A stretch of 64,000 nt of DNA from Camelus ferus (taxonomy: Eukaryota), in the NCBI RefSeq assembly GCF_009834535.1, contig NC_045713.1, positions 18,724,001 to 18,788,000 of the forward strand, read 5' to 3'. Each line of letters opens with the position of its first letter. Position 1 is the first letter of the stretch. Shown here one piece after another: positions 45,872-64,000 of this stretch. The notes under the pieces were generated by a model, which was not told where the DNA came from, searched no databases, and saw nothing but the letters and a program-made list of their open reading frames with translations. The position numbers and the translations under genes were made by a program.

Positions 45872-48800
45872 GGCTCGAGAATAACAAGACTCCCTATCAT
45901 TACTTCCAAACCCATCATCACCCAGCATCCTTTGGGTTTTCGCGTAGTATCTTCACCCCGAATCCTTATTTGGCTTCTTAACCCTGGATCTTCTAGCCGG
46001 CATCCGCACCCAGCGCCTAGCCCAGTGCCGACGCCCACTGAGTGCTTGTAGACTGCGTGAACCAGACTTCCTCATCAACCCCTACTTCTCCCATCACATT
46101 TTCTCCAGGTTTTTGCCCTTGAGGCCAGCTGCTGACTTCTAGAATGCCAAACTTCCTTGACCTCAGATTTCTCAGAGGATTCCCCAGAGACACCAGAGTC
46201 TGGGGAGGAGAAGGAAAAGGCAACGCCGCAAACTCCCGCTTAGGATGACTCTGGAAAGTACATCTGGCCCCACAGATGAGGACAGTCCTACCGGGTCAGC
46301 CCACAAACCTCGTTTAACTCTGGGCCCCAGTGCTCTGTGCCGGGCCAGCCTGGAGCACAGGCTAGGTGGCATCACCTCGCTGTGCTCTTCGGAGGGTCTG
46401 TGACAGCACCTGGACTCTAGGCTGGCCCATGTTTCAAACCACCCCCTCTCACCCACCTCTAGACTGAGGCTGAACCCAAAGCTTCTTCTGAAGAACAGAG
46501 GTGAGAAGTGTTTCTGGGCAGGAGCAGTTCTTAGAAGTCTGAGCATCCACGTGGGTCCAGTCATGCGTACGGTTTGTATGCAAGAGGCAAGGACTTTGTG
46601 ATGCTTGTGAAGGGTGGTGGCGAGTACAGATGGTGTGAGGGAGTGGGCAGGAAGGGCTGCAGAGGCTCAGATGCCATCCTGGGGAGCTGCTGAGAACACA
46701 TGTGCTCTCATCTTTGCTCACATGGGGTGGAGGTAGGAGATTTAACTCCGTCTGTGATGGGCTTGAGAGAAGGGCTGCATGTGTGACCAAGTGTAGTTCT
46801 TCAGCTCAGCCGCAACATCCCTTCCTCAAAGAACCTCCCCTTCCAACTCCAACGTGCACACGAGAGACCCGAGAGACCTGGAGTGGGTCTTGCTGAGGCT
46901 GTTACATGTTTAATGTGTTGACGGTATCTCCTCTTCGGTTCTCCAAGGGGGATCGGTGAGAGTCAGCTGTGACAGGTCCCTGGAACCAGGAGGTGGAAAG
47001 GAGGGAGGGGACAAGACCCAACTGTGCTGTCTGTCTCTGAGGTCAGCCCAGGCCAGAGCCCAGGGCGCCGCAGGGACCAGAGGCCGTTGGTATTTCCCCA
47101 GGGCCAAGAGGAAATTTGCAAAGAGGAAGTTGTTGAGTCAGAAGGAACAGTGGCTGAGAGCAGACACATTGACCTACAGAGAGACCAAGGGACACCATGT
47201 GAGTGTGACTGCCAGGTAGCTTGGACTGGAGGGGATGCGGGAGACAGGGAAAGGGCCTGGATTGGTCAGTTCATGGAGTAGGGGAGGGATGGAGGAAAAG
47301 GGGCCAAAAGGGGCTGAAGATGTGCCCAGAGTTGTGCCACTTCTGCCTGGTCTGTGGGAACGGGCTGAGCTGGGGTGGAAATCCAGCCTTCACCACCCAC
47401 GTCTGGATGCCTTCTCCTACTTCTCAAAATGCACTGTTTGGACCAATCGTCGCCCCAGGACAGCAGAAGTGAGTTCCAAAAGTCCCTTCGGGACACCGCA
47501 AATGTTGTCTTAGATTTGTCAAAACAACTGCCCCAATTTCAGGTTTAGAAAATATTGTTACTGAACTCAGAGACCACCAACTTCACACCTCCCACTCCCA
47601 CTCGACACATGCAGTCATCTTCTGAACCATCACTGATTTCGGGGTCCTGGGCGCATCCTGAAGGAAATGGCAGGTGTGGGTGGCAATGGGGGTGGGTATT
47701 TTCTGGGCTCTTATAGAAGGAAGCAGTAAATATTATAAGGCTAAAAAGAAAGAAAAAAAGAGAAATAAGAAAGAAATATAAAACACCATAATAAGAGAGG
47801 ACCAAACCTATCAGTTATGAAAAAGTTGTCAACTGTCTATTATATTTACAATGGTTGGGAAAAATCCTGTTTTCAAAAATTATATCATGACTTTGAAAAA
47901 TGCCTACAATATAATGTTAAATGGTAAATTTAAGTAGGGAATAAAACTAGTTACTCATCTGTAAATACATATGATTCTAGTTTTGTAATAAACATGCAAA
48001 AACATAGACATTATAGAAAACGAAAAATTTGATGGAGATATCCCAAATATTTACTGCGGTTCTCTGTAAGGGTATGGGGTGATTTCTATTTTGTCCATAC
48101 TCTTTTGTATTTTCCATATTGTATACAATAAATATTGATGACTTTTCTGATTTCAAAAATGTTAACAAAAAGGTGTTTGCGGGGGCTGGGGGTGTCTGGT
48201 TTGAGGAGGCTGGAAGGGTAGGATGGAGCCACGCTATGAAGGGCCCCACTCTCTCCTCTGGCCTCACTGCCCGGGTGCCAATTCCAGCTGATTCTTCTTG
48301 CAGGGTCCCTGGGAGCCCTCCCTTCTCTCCAGGCCCGTCACAGCCCGCCTGGGTCCTGCAGAGATTGCCCTTTTGGTTTCCTGAGTCCCGTCCCTTCCAC
48401 CCTCTGCCCTTTCTAAAGGGCCACTCTGTCCAGATCACCCCTTCACCCTCTAAGGCCGTCAGGAGTCTATCTTCCTTAGCATGGAGTATAAGACCCCTTT
48501 AAGATCTGGCCCTCCCTCTCCTCTGCACACCCCTGCCTGGTCAGCCCTTGGCCCAAGAGTTATAAGCTCTCCAGCCTCATGAAATTCCTTGTAGTTTCCT
48601 GAATATACCATGTGCTTTTCTTGGGGTTAGGGGTATAGTAAAATAGCATTTTCCCCCTCTTGCAAAAGTTAATTACCAGAACATTCTAGTTTCTTAAATA
48701 CCAGGATTCTCTCTCACACACACAACCATATACAGTGTCTTATTCTTTACCTTATATTTTAAAATGCATGTTTCTATTTTATATTCAAAAGGGCACATTA

Positions 48801-50020
48801 TGATCGTAGTTACAAATACAGCTTTGCCATCTACCATGCAAATTCCAGATGGCAGGAGGATTTGGGTGGGGAAGGTCTTAAGAAATCTATTAATGTAATT
48901 CACTTTTGCAGACAGGAAAGGGGCCTCAGAGCATGGTTTTAAGGACATTTTATTTCTGAACATGGACAGTTACACCTAATTTTCTTCCGCATCCCCATTT
49001 CTGCCCCTTGACCACGTCCAGTTTGGCAGAACCTGTGAAGGATGGGTTACCGGGGGGCTGCAAGCACAGGTGACCGCCAGCAGCTCTGAGTGCTCCAGCT
49101 CTTGGGCTGAGGGAATGGGAAACACCTCTTCCTGAGCCCCAAGTTCAGTGACTGTGTCAGGAGGCAGATCAAGCTAGGACTGTTAACAAGACAAGAGAGG
49201 AATACAATCAGAAGGTTCTAAGACTCTCAAAGCAGTAACAAAAATAGACCCCAAATAAAAGTGGAGAGAAAACTTTCAAACTCTAAAAGGGTGTTGGCTG
49301 TGGGTGGCTATCCTGTTCTGGGGAGGTTTGGGGGCACGTCATTAGCCGTTGGAAACCCAGGGTATTTTGGAGATCATCTACTTGTCCCTGCCCATGAGCT
49401 GCCCATGAGTGCCTGTGTGCCTTAGCCCCCTGGGGTGCTCAGCACCTGCCTGCCCCGCTAGTGGCATCAGGACAGCTTCACTGGACCATGGCCCAGATCC
49501 CCAAAGCTGCCGGCCACTGAGAGGGCCACGTACTCCTGCATTTGTGCATGCTCTGCCTGAAGCCACACCCCCCCCCCCATCTTTCCCCACCACACACGCA
49601 TCTTGACTTCCTGCCAAACTCCTCCTCAACCGTCAAGATGCAGATCAGATGTTACTGCTCTTGCTGCCTCCATCCCAGATATGGTATTTCTCCTCCACTC
49701 CCGCAGCCCCTCATGTGACAGCAGGAACAACTGGATTGTAATCATGTGAGGGTGTCCCTCATTCATTTTGTGTAGCCCCTCCAAATCCATCTATTGTCTT
49801 TGTGGTTCCAGAGTCCACAGGCTGGCATGCCTACCTAGTAGGTGTTTACTGAATGGAGAGGGTAAATGAATTAATGAACGGGCAAAAGGCAATTTTCAAG
49901 TAAGCCATGGCAAGATCAGACCTGTCTTTTGAACGAAACAGGCATCCGGGAGGATGGGCTGAAGGCATTGTGGCCCAAGAGGAGAGCATTAGTCTAGTCC
50001 AGGTTAGGTATAGTGGGAAT

Positions 50021-50139
50021 CTGGTCCATCCGCTGCAAGGTGGGGGAAGGGGGCCCAAGTCCTGTGATTCCTGTGATTCTCCCGCCTCTGCTCCTCCACG
50101 TGATGTCACAGAGGCTACATGCAGGATGATAGGGGCCAG
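50021..50139 (+). repeat. 119-bp direct duplicate (copy A) of QPRT intron-1 sequence 52428-52546
   Basis: Ungapped manual alignment shows 10 mismatches in 119 nt. Confidence 0.9.
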
Positions 50140-51476
50140 TCAGATCTGAAATATATTTATTCAGAGAAAAGATTTTTTTGAACTAATTGACCATTGAGGT
50201 GATGAGGGGAAAAAGGAGGTTAGACTCCAAGATTTCTATCTTGGGAGATGGAGGAGATGCTGCCATCATTTTGTGGAAACACAGAGAGATGGGCAGTTTT
50301 AGGGGAAAACATGGGTTCATTTTTAGAACTGTTAGGAGGGCTGTTAGAAGTAGAGGCCTGGAATGTGGGAAGGAAGTCAGAGCTGGAGATATAAAGGTCA
50401 TCCTCTGATTGTAGACAGCAATTTAAATAATGCATAAACTATATCATTCATTGTGTAGAATGAGAGGGGAGAGAGCTGTGAAGAGAATCTTCATTTATTA
50501 GTCAGGGCAGGTTAACTGCTGTAACAAACAGCCCCCAAATTTCAGGGGTAAAACTCAAGAGAAGCTTTTTCCTTGTTCACGTAACAATTCAGTGCTCATA
50601 TGTGGAGGGTGATCTTCCATAAGGTCATTCAGGAACCCAAGCTCCTTCCATCCTGTGGCTCTGTCATTATGGGGGAGGAGCACGGGCCAGGTCTGGAAGT
50701 GGCACGTATCACTTTTACTCACATTCCATTGGAAAGAATTCAGTCACATGGTGGCTTGCATGCAAAGGAGGCTGGGAAATGTAGTTCAGTCATGTGCCCA
50801 AGAGGAAAAGAGAAACAGTCCCACTACACTGAGGGGGCACCACAGTTTGAGGGCTGCCTGTAGGACGAAAGACCTGCATGAGACAGAAAAGATCCTTTAA
50901 GAGAGAAACCAGGAGAAAAGAATATCTAGGGGAAAAAGGGAGAAACTGCTTGAAGAAGGGCTGTCAGGAGCGGGTCTGGACTAGAGTGAGGCAAGCAAGG
51001 TGCTGAGGTGCAACATGAGGCTTGAGAGGAAGGCCTCCTTCAATTTTGTGCCCCAGGACACTTGCTTGCCTCACCCGAGTCCCAGTCCTGGCAGAGTCAT
51101 GAGACAGAATTGGGAGAAGGCTGGGAAGAGGCCAGCGTCTGGCATTGCTGGTCCCAGCGACTTTAGCAAACAGTTCCGTTGAAGAAATGGGGTCCCCAAC
51201 ATTTCTGGGACAGGAAATTGCCTGATGTCCCAGTACAATGATTCACATTTTCCTGGCTTTCCTGTTCAGAAGCCTGGCTCTGATCTGCCCTTAAAGTACC
51301 TTGGGAAGAGGCAAGGGAAGGGAAGTAGAAATTCGCTGAGTTTTCTACTCTGTCACTCGCAGAGTTTTCTCACTTGTTTCTCAGTTGAAGCTGTGAGGTT
51401 GGTATTGTCCCATTTTACGACTAAGGAAATGGAGGCACAGAAAAAGGTAAAGAGGTATCGGAGATCAAGAAGGATG

Positions 51477-51648
51477 GTGTTCGCTTCAGCAACACCTACA
51501 CTAAAATTGGACCAGTATAGAGATTAGCATGGCCCTGAGCAAGGCCTGACAAGCAAATGCGTGAAGCGGTCCATATTTTTACCTATGACTGAATCACTAT
51601 GCTGCACACCAGAAACTTACACAACATTGTAAATCAACGCTACTTCAG

Positions 51649-51676
<28 letters not shown>
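51477..51676 (+). pseudogene. U6 snRNA / L1 3'-end chimeric retrocopy
   Basis: Near full-length U6 at 51477-51580 (GTGTTCGCTTCAGCAACACCTACACTAAAATTGG..GCGTGAAGCGGTCCATATTTTT), fused to an L1 3' terminus (51581-51649) and poly(A) (51650-51676). Imperfect TSD aagaaggatg (51467-51476) / aagaagggcg (51675-51684). Confidence 0.92.
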
Positions 51677-51679
<3 letters not shown>

Positions 51680-52003
51680 GGGCGAAAGTAGGATTTTCCC
51701 AGGTCACCATCAGAAAGGCTTTCCAGTCCTGACAGGGAGCCCAACCTGGGGCAGGGCTATAGGAGGCTGGGTGTAGAAAGAAAACAGGGCCTCCACTCAG
51801 AGAGGAGAGGACTTCTGAGTCATATGACTGAGAGTCCTGGAGGCAGGAGGGAGCGCCAGAGAACCAGGGAAGGGCTGAAGGGGCTGGTCAGGCGGGCCCC
51901 TCCCTCCTATCCCTCTGGCAGCCCCACCCCCCACCCCAGCCTCCAGCCTCTCCAAACGCTAGATCGAGCAGCGGACACACCAGTCGGGCAGCTCCAAGCT
52001 GTC

Positions 52004-63999
<11,996 letters not shown>

Positions 64000-64000
64000 G

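Overview
Mammalian genomic DNA, most likely a camelid, judged from repeated tRNA-derived Vic-1-type SINEs. The window is orthologous to human 16p11.2 and mouse 7qF3. Gene order: 3' part of SEPTIN1 (+), MYLPF/MYL11 (-, complete), TBC1D10B (+, complete apart from a 164-N gap in exon 1), CD2BP2 (+, complete), about 20 kb of repeat-rich DNA, SPN/CD43 (+, complete), and QPRT (+, exons 1-3; the last exon lies outside the window). The main unexpected element is on the minus strand between TBC1D10B and CD2BP2 (20288-19680). It is a disabled single-coding-exon gene with a PH domain and an OCRL-binding F&H motif, which looks like a third PHETA/Sesquipedalian (FAM109/IPIP27) paralogue, head-to-head with CD2BP2. 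Other observations: a U6/L1 chimeric retrocopy just upstream of QPRT, a truncated U4 retrocopy inside an LTR, a 119-bp local duplication around QPRT exon 1, a CD43 cytoplasmic tail that appears unusually diverged, a CArG/E-box muscle module, a cluster of CCAAT boxes, and a CD2BP2 uORF. Gene and repeat names come from recognition and remembered reference sequences, not database searches. Repeat boundaries are approximate.
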